From: Nemertoderma westbladi | Taxonomy: Eukaryota; Animalia; Xenacoelomorpha | Assembly (NCBI GenBank): GCA_032718475.1 | Contig: JAUCBJ010006028.1 | Location: 1-64,000, forward strand | Length of the DNA stretch: 64,000 nucleotides | Reading direction: 5' to 3' | Shown: one piece after another, positions 63,915-64,000 of the stretch | Numbering within the stretch: position 1 is the stretch's first letter | Layout: each line of letters begins with the position of its first letter | Notes under the pieces: model-generated | Database searches by the model: none | Told to the model about the DNA's origin: nothing | What the model saw: the letters and a program-made list of their open reading frames with translations, nothing else | Position numbers and translations under genes: made by a program

Positions 63915-64000
63915 CCCATCATGCATCTTACATTCATGGAATTGATTGTATAATTTACTATTAGAATCCTATGCAACTAACATACAATGACATATTTTTC

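Noticed and set aside
61605-63964. SIAAG-repeat ORFs reminiscent of ice-nucleation or antifreeze repeats
   Set aside because: Several frames on both strands are open because units are 30 or 33 bp. Frames break at 28-bp units, and the DMXL-compatible frame hits stops.

Overview
This is AT-rich metazoan genomic DNA, not prokaryotic. The + strand carries an internal part of a DMXL/DmX (Rabconnectin-3 alpha, yeast RAV1 homologue) gene. I reconstructed 23 GT-AG coding exons by hand (701-61456, 4600 nt, about 1530 codons), and every junction is phase-compatible. The start and stop codons lie outside the window. One 39.3-kb intron (3836-43127) holds a 36.4-kb 31-bp satellite and a nested, antisense, intronless 550-aa leucine-rich-repeat-like gene. 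The most unusual feature is that the intronic tandem arrays are built from, or anchored on, splice signals. The 43-bp and 69-bp arrays are amplified copies of a real acceptor plus the first codons of the exon, and only the last copy gives an open reading frame. The 7-kb 28/29-bp array starts exactly at a donor GT and carries GTGAGT in most units. The 32-bp array supplies the pyrimidine tract of an acceptor. The 31-bp, 19-bp and 30/33-bp units resemble 3' splice sites on the sense strand. The gene identity rests on remembered family motifs; no database search was run.
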